DNA of 64,000 nt from assembly GCA_035288965.1 (NCBI GenBank), contig DATDYQ010000104.1, positions 10,089 through 74,088 of the forward strand, read 5' to 3'. Positions 28,941 through 38,806 of the stretch are shown piece by piece; the first letter of the stretch is position 1, and every line of letters starts with the position of its first letter. The position numbers were made by a program, and so were the translations under genes. Below the pieces are notes generated by a model. That model was not told the DNA's origin. It was given only the letters and a program-made list of their open reading frames with translations, and did not search any database. The stretch comes from Candidatus Nanoarchaeia archaeon. Its GTDB lineage: Archaea; Nanobdellota; Nanobdellia; SCGC-AAA011-G17; JAGVZF01.

Positions 28941-30395
28941 TTAAACCGTAGCTTCTCCGCTTTTTCCTGTTATTAAATTTAAAGCACCTAAAGCTCCTCT
29001 CGCATAATATTTTACTTGTTCAAATGATTTAATTCCAACAAACATTTTCCATAAATAGCTTGGTCTCATATAAAATTCTTTGTAAGCTTTCTTTCTTAAC
29101 TCTTGTAGTTGATCTGTTGTTAACTCTCTAGATCTTATTAATGGATCTTCAGCTATTTGCACCCAATTATCCCAATTTGGATCTGAAATTAAGTTTTCTT
29201 TTACAGTAATATCATACAATCCGGTTCCAACAATCGGGATTGCTAAAAAGAAATAAGCTAACTGAGGGTTAATTTCTTTAGCTAATTTTATTGTTTCTTC
29301 AAATGTTTCTTTTGTTTCACCTGGATATCCTAAAATAAAAGATGCTGATGCCGGAATTCCAACTTCGTGTATTAACTTGAAAGCTGCTTTTATTTGTGCA
29401 GGAGTTTGATCTTTTTCCATTGCATCCAATATTTTTTGACTTCCTGATTCAACCCCAAATCTAACAAAATAACATCCTGATCTTTTCATCTTTTCTAAGC
29501 TTTCCCTATCACAATGATTAACTCTAGTTAAACAGTTCCAATGCAAATCATAATCTCTTTTTATTAATCCATCTAAAATTGGGTTCATTCTACTTTTATT
29601 AATAACAAAAATTTCGTCATTAAATTCTAAGCAATGAATATTAAATTTATCAACTAAATAATCTATTTCTTCCAATGTTCTTTCAACACTCCAATATCTA
29701 ACTTTTCTTGTCCACATAACTTTAGAAGCGCAAAAGTTACATCTATAAGGACAACCTCTCAAAGAAAAGAATATGGAAAACGGTTGTAATTTAACTCCGC
29801 TAACTTGGAAAGAGCTATGATGCGCAGGTGGTCTATATAATTCCATTGGTAATAAATCATAAGCTGGCATTGGCAACATATCTAAGTTTTCAATTAAAGG
29901 ACGAGGAGCAGTCATTCTTATCTGTCCATTATCTCTATAAATCATTCCATTAACTTTAGATAAATCTTTTTTTCCTCTTTTCTCTAATTTATCCAATAAT
30001 TCAACTGTTGTTAACTCTCCCTCGCTAATAACTCCATAATCAACAATTGGAAATTCCTTCATTGTCTCAAATGGCAATGCAGTCATGTGATCTCCGCCTA
30101 AGAAAGTCTTGACATTAGGATTAACATTTCTAGCTATTTGTAAAACATCACAAGCTTTTTTTACTGTAGGCGTAACAGCTCCAACCCCAACAACATCAAC
30201 ATCTTTAGGTATATGTTTATGTAATTCCTTCATCGGAATTTGCAACGCTACTGCATCTAAAATGCTTACTTTATGTCCCTTTTCTCTCATGTAAGCAGCA
30301 AGATAAGCTAGCCCCATTGGTTGATTAATTCCTGCAACTGTTGGAACCTTTTTATATACTTCTTGATAACTTGGATTTATTAGCTGAACTTTCAT
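28941..30395 (-). CDS. Cobalamin-binding radical SAM protein
   Basis: PMGLAYLAA, GGDH, EGE, RGCPYRCNFC, GVESGSQ, GYPGET. Confidence 0.9.
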   Translation of the reverse strand: MKVQLINPSYQEVYKKVPTVAGINQPMGLAYLAAYMREKGHKVSILDAVALQIPMKELHKHIPKDVDVVGVGAVTPTVKKACDVLQIARNVNPNVKTFLGGDHMTALPFETMKEFPIVDYGVISEGELTTVELLDKLEKRGKKDLSKVNGMIYRDNGQIRMTAPRPLIENLDMLPMPAYDLLPMELYRPPAHHSSFQVSGVKLQPFSIFFSLRGCPYRCNFCASKVMWTRKVRYWSVERTLEEIDYLVDKFNIHCLEFNDEIFVINKSRMNPILDGLIKRDYDLHWNCLTRVNHCDRESLEKMKRSGCYFVRFGVESGSQKILDAMEKDQTPAQIKAAFKLIHEVGIPASASFILGYPGETKETFEETIKLAKEINPQLAYFFLAIPIVGTGLYDITVKENLISDPNWDNWVQIAEDPLIRSRELTTDQLQELRKKAYKEFYMRPSYLWKMFVGIKSFEQVKYYARGALGALNLITGKSGEATV

Positions 30396-30544
30396 TTTAA
30401 TCCCTCAGAATCGTGCCTCTTTTTGTATATATATCTTTCTTAGAATTTTGATTTTTAAGCATTATTGTGATATAATATATAGTTAACAATAGTTAATTAA
30501 ACCCAAACTAAAGCTTTTTAAATAATTCAATCAGAATAATAAAA

Positions 30545-32047
30545 ATGAATAAAAAACATTTGAATATTATAGCAGGTGGAGCTTTAATCACTCTAATTGG
30601 AATTCTAATCTCTAAATTATTCAGTTATTTTTATAGATTAATTGTTTCAAGATTGGGAAGTGAAAATTATGGATTAATATCATTAGCTTTCGCTGTTGTT
30701 GGAATACTTTCAATATTCACTTCCATTGGTTTAGATTTTGGTATTACTAGATATATCTCTTATTATAAAAACAAAAATGATCTTCCAAGATTAAAAGGAA
30801 CTTTTTTTTCAGCTTTTAAGATTAGTTTTGTTTTAAGTATAATATTTAGTATGATTTTATTCTTTTCTTCTAATTTCATTTCTATAAATCTGTTTCATAA
30901 TCAAAATCTTTCCATTTTATTAAAAGTATTTTCTCTTGTTTTAATATTCCAATCAGTAAGAAAGATAATAACAGAAACTATAAGGGCATTCCAAAAGATA
31001 AATTATTATGTAATCTCATTAAATATAGTTGAGCCTGTTGTAAATCTTTTATTAACTTTAATTTTTATCTATCTTGGTTATAGCCTTACAGGCATTAGTA
31101 TTGCTTATGTATCTGCTGTATTTATCAGTCTTGCAATTTCTATTTATTTTTTAGAAAAAAAAGTATTTCCGATATTTACTAGTAAAATTGCTTCTATTTA
31201 TGAAAATAAGGAATTAATATCATATTCATGGCCGTTAATGTTTAGTACAGCTTTAGCAAGATTTATTGTCTGGACAGATATATTATTCCTAGGATTTTAT
31301 AAAACCGCTTCTGACGTTGGAATCTATAATACTGCAATACCTACTGCACAATTGCTTTTAATAGCACCAACAGCTATTCTAAACCTATTTGTTCCGATAA
31401 TAACTGAATTAATAGCAAAAAATAATCCAGATGAAATTAAAGGTATTTATCAAACAACAACAAAATGGATTTTCTTCATTAACTTTCCAATATTTCTGAT
31501 ATTTATAATGAATTCTAATCCAATATTAAAAGTATTATTTGGTTCAGAATATTCTATTGGTTTTATGGCTTTAATCGTTTTGTCTGTTGGTTATTTTATT
31601 AATTCAATATTATTTGCGTCAAGATACATGCTTGATTCTCTAAAGAAAACAAAATTTATTTTACTAAATACAATCATAGTCACATTGTTAAATATCATTC
31701 TCAACTTAATCTTAATTCCAAAATATGGAATTTTAGGAGCAGCGATAGCAACCGCATTAACAATTTCATTATTTGGAATAATAAACTGGATTAAAGTTTA
31801 TAATATAAATAAAATAAATGTTTTCAAATTAAGTTATGTAAAATCTATATTTGCTAGCATAATCGCAGTAGTGCCAGTATATTTATTCTTAAAAATTACT
31901 AACCTTACAACCTTCTTCCTTTCATTTATCCTATCTGGAGCAATTTACGGTTTCTTAATGTGGAAAACAAAAGCCTTATCTAAAGAAGACGGTGAAGTGC
32001 TTGATAGTTTAATAAAATTTAAAAAAGTAAAAGATATAGGATCATAA
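30545..32047 (+). CDS. Oligosaccharide flippase (Wzx/MOP family)
   Basis: YGLISLA, GITRYI, TDILFLG, VGIYN, LNLILIPKYGILGAAIAT; about 14 TMs. Confidence 0.9.
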   Translation: MNKKHLNIIAGGALITLIGILISKLFSYFYRLIVSRLGSENYGLISLAFAVVGILSIFTSIGLDFGITRYISYYKNKNDLPRLKGTFFSAFKISFVLSIIFSMILFFSSNFISINLFHNQNLSILLKVFSLVLIFQSVRKIITETIRAFQKINYYVISLNIVEPVVNLLLTLIFIYLGYSLTGISIAYVSAVFISLAISIYFLEKKVFPIFTSKIASIYENKELISYSWPLMFSTALARFIVWTDILFLGFYKTASDVGIYNTAIPTAQLLLIAPTAILNLFVPIITELIAKNNPDEIKGIYQTTTKWIFFINFPIFLIFIMNSNPILKVLFGSEYSIGFMALIVLSVGYFINSILFASRYMLDSLKKTKFILLNTIIVTLLNIILNLILIPKYGILGAAIATALTISLFGIINWIKVYNINKINVFKLSYVKSIFASIIAVVPVYLFLKITNLTTFFLSFILSGAIYGFLMWKTKALSKEDGEVLDSLIKFKKVKDIGS

Positions 32048-33592
32048 AGCATATAATTTAAATTTCTTGTTTTCATATAATAATCTAAAATTCATTTCTT
32101 TTTCAACGACAATATAATCTACCCCATATTTTCTCTTTAAAACTAAAAAATCGTCTTCATTTAATTTATTATATCCTTCATCACATTTTTCAATAAATAT
32201 TACCGCATCAACTTTAAAATCCTTTGTCTTACAAACATCTTTAATTCTTTCAATAGCTGTTTTAACTAGTGAAGGATTATACAAAAAATTTCCTGCCGTC
32301 TTCCAGTCAATTAAATTACTCCTTTTAGAAAAAGCATTAAATCCAGTATACAATGGGGGGGTTATAAATAAAGAATCTTTATCTGTGTTTTTTTCAGCCC
32401 AATAAGATATATCTTGGAATTCATCTGATTGTTTATCTCCAGGATATTCAATATTGTAAATAAATCCTTTTTCTACTCCAACAAAAGCAGGAACTAAAAT
32501 TATGATTAACAAAAATATGATTGTAAAATAAAATATAAATGATTGTAAACTTATTATCTTTCTAAAATCTTTCCTATAAAAATTGATCAAATAATTCGCA
32601 ATATAAATTAAAACAAATATCTTAAAAAATATGAAACTCCTAAACAATATTGCAGTCATAAGAATAGGGACTGGAAAAACTTCGCTAAAAATTAACCCAA
32701 ATATCCCCATTATTCCAATTGCAACTAAAAATAAAATAATTTTTCTATTCAATCTTTCTTCTGGTTTATATCTTAAAGAAACTCCAAATAAGTATAATAA
32801 AACTCCAAATAAAACAAATTGATAAATAGGCCACAAACTTGGAAATATATGATGACTTAATCTCAATTTAAGAAAATCCAGCCATAATCCTTTATCAACA
32901 CTTAATTTTTGTATTCCTAAACTTCCAATAATAATTGGTAAACTTAAAACAAAAAAGAAAATATAAGATAATATAACTTCTTTCATTTTTCTTTTCTCAA
33001 GTATCTTGCTTTTCTGAATATAACTAACTAAAAGATAAAAAGAATACATCGCAATTACATATAAAGAAACTAATAAATTAAGGTAATTAATAATTACCAA
33101 TAATAAAAAAGCTATAATATAATTTTTCTTTAAAAAGAAAAAAATTGAAAATAAAGCTATCGGTAAAGAAAAAAACCATGGACTTATCGTACTATCGATT
33201 AGTTTTATATTACCCAATGTTAACAAAGTTCCTTTTACCCCTATTAATAAAATAACGCTCAAAATTCCAACTAATTTATCTTTAAATAAATAATAAGCCA
33301 ATAAAAATATAGAAAAAACTAATAATAATCTTGAAAATAAAAATCCTAAAAAGAAAAACCATTCAACATTAATATCTTTAAAAAACTCTCCAAAAGTTAG
33401 TTCTATCGGTGCATATATTATCCTTAAATTATCAACTAATATATCTTTATCATATAAGCTATTATCTTTATAGTAATTTATCAAAGGAACATAAACAACA
33501 CTATCATTAGAATTAAAATTATATCCTGTATAAAATATTGAAGCTATAGCTAATAATATTAATATTATTACTGTAAATGTCCATCTTTTCAT
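32042..33592 (-). CDS. Polytopic membrane protein, GT-C-like (DUF6798-like)
   Basis: 'D...Y.P' in the first loop, 'RLSHHIFP', soluble C-terminal region 'FITPP...F...SKRS..IDWK'. Confidence 0.6.
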   Translation of the reverse strand: MKRWTFTVIILILLAIASIFYTGYNFNSNDSVVYVPLINYYKDNSLYDKDILVDNLRIIYAPIELTFGEFFKDINVEWFFFLGFLFSRLLLVFSIFLLAYYLFKDKLVGILSVILLIGVKGTLLTLGNIKLIDSTISPWFFSLPIALFSIFFFLKKNYIIAFLLLVIINYLNLLVSLYVIAMYSFYLLVSYIQKSKILEKRKMKEVILSYIFFFVLSLPIIIGSLGIQKLSVDKGLWLDFLKLRLSHHIFPSLWPIYQFVLFGVLLYLFGVSLRYKPEERLNRKIILFLVAIGIMGIFGLIFSEVFPVPILMTAILFRSFIFFKIFVLIYIANYLINFYRKDFRKIISLQSFIFYFTIIFLLIIILVPAFVGVEKGFIYNIEYPGDKQSDEFQDISYWAEKNTDKDSLFITPPLYTGFNAFSKRSNLIDWKTAGNFLYNPSLVKTAIERIKDVCKTKDFKVDAVIFIEKCDEGYNKLNEDDFLVLKRKYGVDYIVVEKEMNFRLLYENKKFKLYAL

Positions 33593-33651
33593 GAAATAAA
33601 TATAGATAAAAAGATTTTTAAATTGTATTATCTTATCATTTTATTATAAAA

Positions 33652-34617
33652 ATGAGTCTTGAAAAATTAGTTAAGGGTTTAGGAATTACTTTAGGTGTAG
33701 GTTTTGGAATTTTAGGATTTAACAGAAGTTTAGAAGCCAGAACTTTAAGAGTTCCTTCAGTTGAATATTTAACAATACAATCTGGTGTAGATGCTGCTAC
33801 AGATGATGATACTGTCTTAGTTGCTTCTGGAATTTATAATGAACAATTAGGAATAATAGATAAATCAATTACTCTTAAAAGCGAATCTGGATATGATTTA
33901 ACTACAATAGATGGCGGTTCTACAGGATGGACTATAAATATTCCACCCAGTCTTTCTAATCTCATGGATGTTATTGAAGGCTTTACAATTAAAGGAGAAA
34001 ATGGAATTGCTGCTTCTCCATATCAATCTACTATAAGAATAGAAAATAATAAATTTAAAACAATAAGTGGGGCAATAGGAGTTGGTAGAGGTATCGTAGT
34101 TATATTAAGAAATTTTATAGATAATAGTGGAGGTCCTGCTATCGGAGTAACTAACGGAACAGCAAATATATTTTATAATGTTATAATAGATAACACTAAT
34201 CAAGTTAGTACTGGGGGGATAGAATTAGAACCTGGAGTAGTATATCTTAGTAGAAATACACTCATAGGACGTTCTAAAATAGAAATTATTGGATCCGGTT
34301 CTCTAACATATTCTAATAATGTATTTTATACCCTTGGAAATAAACCTTCACAAATTAACAGTAACACGATGTATAATGAAGGCTGTAATGATTTCTTTAT
34401 AAACGGTTATCTACCGAATGTAGTTCACCCTACAGATATTTCTACAAATCCTATGTTTTGTGACGAAGTGAATAATGATTTTTATCTTGATTCTGATTCA
34501 CCATGCTTACCTCAAAACAGTAATGGTTGTGGTTTAATTGGAGCTTTAGGAATGGGTTGTGGAGCAGTTCCAACAATTTCAAAAACATGGGGAAGAATAA
34601 AAGCAATGTATAAATAA
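33652..34617 (+). CDS. Secreted right-handed beta-helix (pectin-lyase-like) protein with C-terminal TWGRIKAMYK motif
   Basis: Signal peptide; 'VPSVEYLTIQSGVDAA..DDTVLVASGIYNE'; 'NPMFCD...FYLDSDSPC...IGA'. Confidence 0.8.
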   Translation: MSLEKLVKGLGITLGVGFGILGFNRSLEARTLRVPSVEYLTIQSGVDAATDDDTVLVASGIYNEQLGIIDKSITLKSESGYDLTTIDGGSTGWTINIPPSLSNLMDVIEGFTIKGENGIAASPYQSTIRIENNKFKTISGAIGVGRGIVVILRNFIDNSGGPAIGVTNGTANIFYNVIIDNTNQVSTGGIELEPGVVYLSRNTLIGRSKIEIIGSGSLTYSNNVFYTLGNKPSQINSNTMYNEGCNDFFINGYLPNVVHPTDISTNPMFCDEVNNDFYLDSDSPCLPQNSNGCGLIGALGMGCGAVPTISKTWGRIKAMYK

Positions 34618-34868
34618 TGGGCATAAAGAACTTTTTTGTTGAGGAAATAGAAGAAGGTAAAAAGAGAAAAAGAGACTGGCCATTAATAATATTTGTTTCT
34701 ATATTCTTGCTATTAATACTTTCTGGAATTTTTAATGATAATCTTGGATTTGCTGGACAATTGGGCGGATATTTTCTATGGATCTGGATAATCTTTTGGT
34801 TAATATTCTGGTTGACAAAATGTGTGGTAAAAAAGACTAAAAAAGAAAAGAATGTAAAACAAAAATGA
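34617..34868 (+). CDS. Small two-TM membrane protein
   Basis: TAATG and ATGA overlaps with both neighbours; two hydrophobic helices. Confidence 0.7.
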   Translation: MGIKNFFVEEIEEGKKRKRDWPLIIFVSIFLLLILSGIFNDNLGFAGQLGGYFLWIWIIFWLIFWLTKCVVKKTKKEKNVKQK

Positions 34869-35578
34869 CTGAAAAAAATAATAAAGAATTGTTCAAATCA
34901 TTTTTTATATTAGGACTTGTTTCTATATCTATTTTATTTATATTTGTTTATTGTGATTATTTTTATAATTACACCAATAAAGATGGTGCACTCCAATTTT
35001 CTTATATAGCTCTATTCATATCGATATTAACTTTATTTGCATTAGGCACATTTGAGTTTTATACTAAATATTATGAAACTAACAAGTCTTTAAAAATTAA
35101 TAGATACAAATTGGAAATGTTAATGCAAGAAATTGCTACTAACCAAGATATTTTAAATAATGTATTTTTAAAAAATAAAGAAGTGACATTAAAAAATAAA
35201 ATTAAAGAGAAAAAGAGTGTGTATAGTATTTTAGCTTCTGGATTTCTAACTACCTCTTTAAAAGACATACTTGAAAATATTTATCTAGAAAATCAATTTT
35301 TAAGAGCGAAAATTACCTTTTATCACTTCAGAATCGATTCTATAAATTCAATGATAAATATACAAGCTTATAGAAATTTTGATGTAGAAAGTCAGTTATT
35401 AAACTATAAAAATATTTACATGCTTATGGAAAAAAAGGTCGTTATGACTTTCTTTGAGAAATCTGACAAGGATATTGATAAAAATTTAAAATATATATAT
35501 GCAGAACCCATTGACTTAAATGAACTTTTTGATAAATTAATAAATGATGTTAAAGATTATATTAAGAATTATTGTTAA
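34865..35578 (+). CDS. Hypothetical protein with two N-terminal TMs
   Basis: Coupled to the upstream gene; 237 aa. Confidence 0.7.
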   Translation: MTEKNNKELFKSFFILGLVSISILFIFVYCDYFYNYTNKDGALQFSYIALFISILTLFALGTFEFYTKYYETNKSLKINRYKLEMLMQEIATNQDILNNVFLKNKEVTLKNKIKEKKSVYSILASGFLTTSLKDILENIYLENQFLRAKITFYHFRIDSINSMINIQAYRNFDVESQLLNYKNIYMLMEKKVVMTFFEKSDKDIDKNLKYIYAEPIDLNELFDKLINDVKDYIKNYC

Positions 35579-35700
35579 ATGAAAAAGAAAAAAGTTTATA
35601 TACTAATTTCTCTATATGAAATGTACAAAAAGAGGTTTTGACCTCAAGATTTTCTTGAGACCCTATATCAAATAAAAATTAATAATGGGGGTGATTTAAA

Positions 35701-35823
35701 ATGGGAAATGCTTTAGCCTGGTTTGTTTTGGCAATATTATTAGCAATAATAATATTAACAATAGCACCAAGTCTTAAGGTAACGGCCTTAGATGTAATCA
35801 GGGCTGCACGTGGAGGAACGTAA
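35701..35823 (+). CDS. Small single-TM protein (40 aa), absent from the ORF track
   Basis: MGNALAWFVLAILLAIIILTIAPSLKVTALDVIRAARGGT*. Strong GGGGGTGAT SD just upstream; AAAAGTTTATATA promoter near 35590. Confidence 0.65.
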   Translation: MGNALAWFVLAILLAIIILTIAPSLKVTALDVIRAARGGT

Positions 35824-35940
35824 ATCCTTTACTATCCATAATTGTATTCTTTACTGATTTCCATAAATAAAAGACTAAGAAAAGGTTTAAATATCTTTAA
35901 ATTTTTCATTATTATGCTGAAAAGAGGTGTAGGAGTATCT

Positions 35941-37455
35941 ATGAATAAAAGTGTTAGGATTAGAAAGAAAAAGATCATTTTAATCTATCCTAATCTAGGT
36001 ATTTATGGAAAGATTATTCAAGATTTACCATTAGCTTTACTACAAACAGCAAGAATTGTTTATGACAAAGGCTATGACATATTAATTCTCGATCAAAGAT
36101 TAGATGATAATTGGAAAGATACATTAAAAAAAGAGATTAACAAAGACACTTTATTTGTAGCCTTATCTGCAATGATAGGAGAACCAATAAACTATGCTTT
36201 AGAAATTGCAAAGTTCATGAAAGATAACTATCCTGAAATGCCTGTTCTCTGGGGCGGTATTCATCCAACATTATTGCCTTTACAAACTTTAGAACATCCA
36301 TTAGTCGATATTGTAATTAAAGGAGATGGAGAAGAAACAATCTATGATGTTGCTCAAGCATTGGAAAAAGGTAAATCATTAAAAGGAATTCCAGGTGTTT
36401 TTTATAAAGAAAAAGATGGAACTATAGTTTCAAATCCAGTAAGAGCTCCATCTAATCTAGATGTTTTGCCTCCAATTCCATATAACCTAGTTAATATAGA
36501 AGCTTATGAAAGGCAAGGATTCAAAGAAAAAACATTTACAATATTTACCTCAGCTTCCTGCCCTCATCGATGTGCATTCTGCCATGTTCCAGGTGAAAAA
36601 AGCACTTGGCGTCCAGAAAGTGTAGATAGAACAATGAAACATCTAAGATTTATCTATGATACTTATCATCCCCAATATATTTACTTTGGTGATAATGATT
36701 TCTTTGTAAGAATGGATAGAGCTAAAGAAATTTTCGCAAGAATAAAAGAAGAAAAATTTGAAGGAGTAACTTTCGGTTTCAGAGGAACAAGAATAGATGA
36801 ACTAGATAGAATGGATGATACAATGTTATCTCTAATGGAAGAAATCAATCTAACATATTTACACATTGGAGCTGAATCAGGATCTCAAAGAATTTTAGAT
36901 TTTATCTGGAAAGATATCAAAGTAGAACAAACAATAAGAGTAAACCAAAAACTTGCCCATCATCCAAAACTTCATCCATCTTATAATTTCTTCTGCGGAG
37001 TTCCTACAGAAACTAAAGCTGATCTTAAAGCAACAACTGATCTAATTTTAAGATTATTAAAAGATAATCCAAATTCTCAAATTAGCAGCGCAACTCAATT
37101 CACTCCTTATCCTGGAACAAGATTATTTGACATCGCTATTCAATATGGATTTCAACCTCCAACCTCTCTAGAAGGATGGGCAAAATTTGATCCAAGTGAT
37201 TTCGCAAAAAGACTTCCATGGTTAAGTAAAGAAAGACAAAGATTATTAGATTTAATTTACATAACAGCCTGGTTTGTAGATAAGAAAGTAAACTGGAACT
37301 TTACATCAGATGAAATGTTTTGGAAAGTTTTCCGTACATTATCATCAGCTTATCGTCCAATAGCAAAGTTTAGATTAAAACATCATTTTACAGGTCTTCC
37401 ATTTGAATATCCAGCAAGAAAAATATTCTTTAACATATTAGAAAATAGAAACTAA
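35941..37455 (+). CDS. Cobalamin-binding radical SAM protein
   Basis: PLALL, WGGIHPT, GDGE, SCPHRCAFC, DNDFF, GAESGSQ. Start ATG 35941 follows AGGAG (ORF track starts at 35842). Confidence 0.9.
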   Translation: MNKSVRIRKKKIILIYPNLGIYGKIIQDLPLALLQTARIVYDKGYDILILDQRLDDNWKDTLKKEINKDTLFVALSAMIGEPINYALEIAKFMKDNYPEMPVLWGGIHPTLLPLQTLEHPLVDIVIKGDGEETIYDVAQALEKGKSLKGIPGVFYKEKDGTIVSNPVRAPSNLDVLPPIPYNLVNIEAYERQGFKEKTFTIFTSASCPHRCAFCHVPGEKSTWRPESVDRTMKHLRFIYDTYHPQYIYFGDNDFFVRMDRAKEIFARIKEEKFEGVTFGFRGTRIDELDRMDDTMLSLMEEINLTYLHIGAESGSQRILDFIWKDIKVEQTIRVNQKLAHHPKLHPSYNFFCGVPTETKADLKATTDLILRLLKDNPNSQISSATQFTPYPGTRLFDIAIQYGFQPPTSLEGWAKFDPSDFAKRLPWLSKERQRLLDLIYITAWFVDKKVNWNFTSDEMFWKVFRTLSSAYRPIAKFRLKHHFTGLPFEYPARKIFFNILENRN

Positions 37456-37457
37456 AC

Positions 37458-38087
37458 ATGAACATTGACGACTATTTTAAGTATAGGTTACCCTATGATA
37501 AAAATAGGGAAATAGTATGGAAAGAAATAGCTAAATATCTGCAAAAATTTATTCCAAAAACATCTAAAATTCTTGAGCTGGGAGCTGGTTATTGTGAATT
37601 TATCAATAATATTCAAGGACAAGAAAAACATGCTCTTGATGTTTACCAAGAGATTAAGAATTTCGCAAAACAAGATGTAATAACTCACGTTTCTTCCTGC
37701 ACTAAAATAAAACTAGATAAAGAATCTTTTGACATTGTATTTGCTAGTAATTTGCTTGAACATCTGAATAAAGAGGATATAGACAAAACATTAAATGAAA
37801 TTTACAGAATATTAAAGAAAGAAGGTAAATTAATCTTAATTCAGCCAAATTTTAAGTATGCTTACAAAGAATATTTCGATGATTACACTCATCAAACAAT
37901 TTTTACTGATCTAAGTTTAAATGACTTATTATTATCAAAAAACTTCACAATCCTAAAATTAATGCCAAAATTCCTTCCAATATCGCTTAAATCTAAACTT
38001 CCAAAAAATTCGTTACTAATAAAAACTTATCTGCATTCTCCTATTAAACCATTCGGCAAGCAAATGTTAGTAATAGCAAAGAAATAG
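37458..38087 (+). CDS. Class I SAM-dependent methyltransferase
   Basis: ILELGAGYCEF, FASNLLEHL, YFDDYTH. Confidence 0.88.
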   Translation: MNIDDYFKYRLPYDKNREIVWKEIAKYLQKFIPKTSKILELGAGYCEFINNIQGQEKHALDVYQEIKNFAKQDVITHVSSCTKIKLDKESFDIVFASNLLEHLNKEDIDKTLNEIYRILKKEGKLILIQPNFKYAYKEYFDDYTHQTIFTDLSLNDLLLSKNFTILKLMPKFLPISLKSKLPKNSLLIKTYLHSPIKPFGKQMLVIAKK

Positions 38088-38806
38088 TGATAAAGATGTG
38101 GCAAAAACAAAAAGTATCTGTAATCTTTCCTACATATAATGAAAAAGATTCTATATATTCTTCAATCCAGGATTTTTTCGCATCAAAATATGTAGATGAA
38201 ATTATAGTTGTTAATAACAATGCAGCTTCTGGAACTAAAGAAGAAGTAGATAAGACAAAAGCAATCCAAGTATTTGAAACAAAACAAGGTTATGGTCATG
38301 CTATTAGGCGTGGATTTAAAGAAGTTAAAGGAGATATAATAATTATATCTGAGCCAGATGGAACATTTTCGGGAAAAGATATTCTTAAATTATTATCATA
38401 CTCAGATAATTTTGATGTTGTTTTCGGTTCTAGAACCTGGAGTATAATGATACAACAAGGAGCTAACATGGGATTTTTCTTAAAGTGGGGCAATTGGTTT
38501 TTAGCAAAACTGATGCAATTCTCATTTAACACAACAAGATTAACAGATATTGGCTGCACAATGAGATTAATAAAAAAAGATGCTCTAAATAAAATAGAAA
38601 AAGATTTTACAGTAGGATCTTCTCATTTTGGAGTTGAAATGATGCTCTTAATAATGAGCAATAAAATAAGATTCATCGAAGTTCCTGTTTCTTATCATCC
38701 AAGAGTTGGTCAATCTTCAGTTACAGGAAGTAAAATAAAAGCATTTTTTCTCGGTTTAGATATGTTAAGCTTGGTAATAAAACATAGAATTAAAAGTTTA
38801 TTTTAG
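38087..38806 (+). CDS. Polyprenol-phosphate glycosyltransferase-like GT2
   Basis: FPTYNE, VNNN, QGYG, EPDGTF, FGSR, LTDIGC, RVGQS; probable start 38096. Confidence 0.85.
   Translation: MIKMWQKQKVSVIFPTYNEKDSIYSSIQDFFASKYVDEIIVVNNNAASGTKEEVDKTKAIQVFETKQGYGHAIRRGFKEVKGDIIIISEPDGTFSGKDILKLLSYSDNFDVVFGSRTWSIMIQQGANMGFFLKWGNWFLAKLMQFSFNTTRLTDIGCTMRLIKKDALNKIEKDFTVGSSHFGVEMMLLIMSNKIRFIEVPVSYHPRVGQSSVTGSKIKAFFLGLDMLSLVIKHRIKSLF

Noticed and set aside
35579..35641. 20-aa uORF MKKKKVYILISLYEMYKKRF
   Set aside because: It overlaps the BRE/TATA element and has no SD; probably chance.
35643..35660. TCTTGAGA match to the tRNA-Ser intron/anticodon loop as an att site
   Set aside because: Only 8 nt match and there is no integrase in the window.
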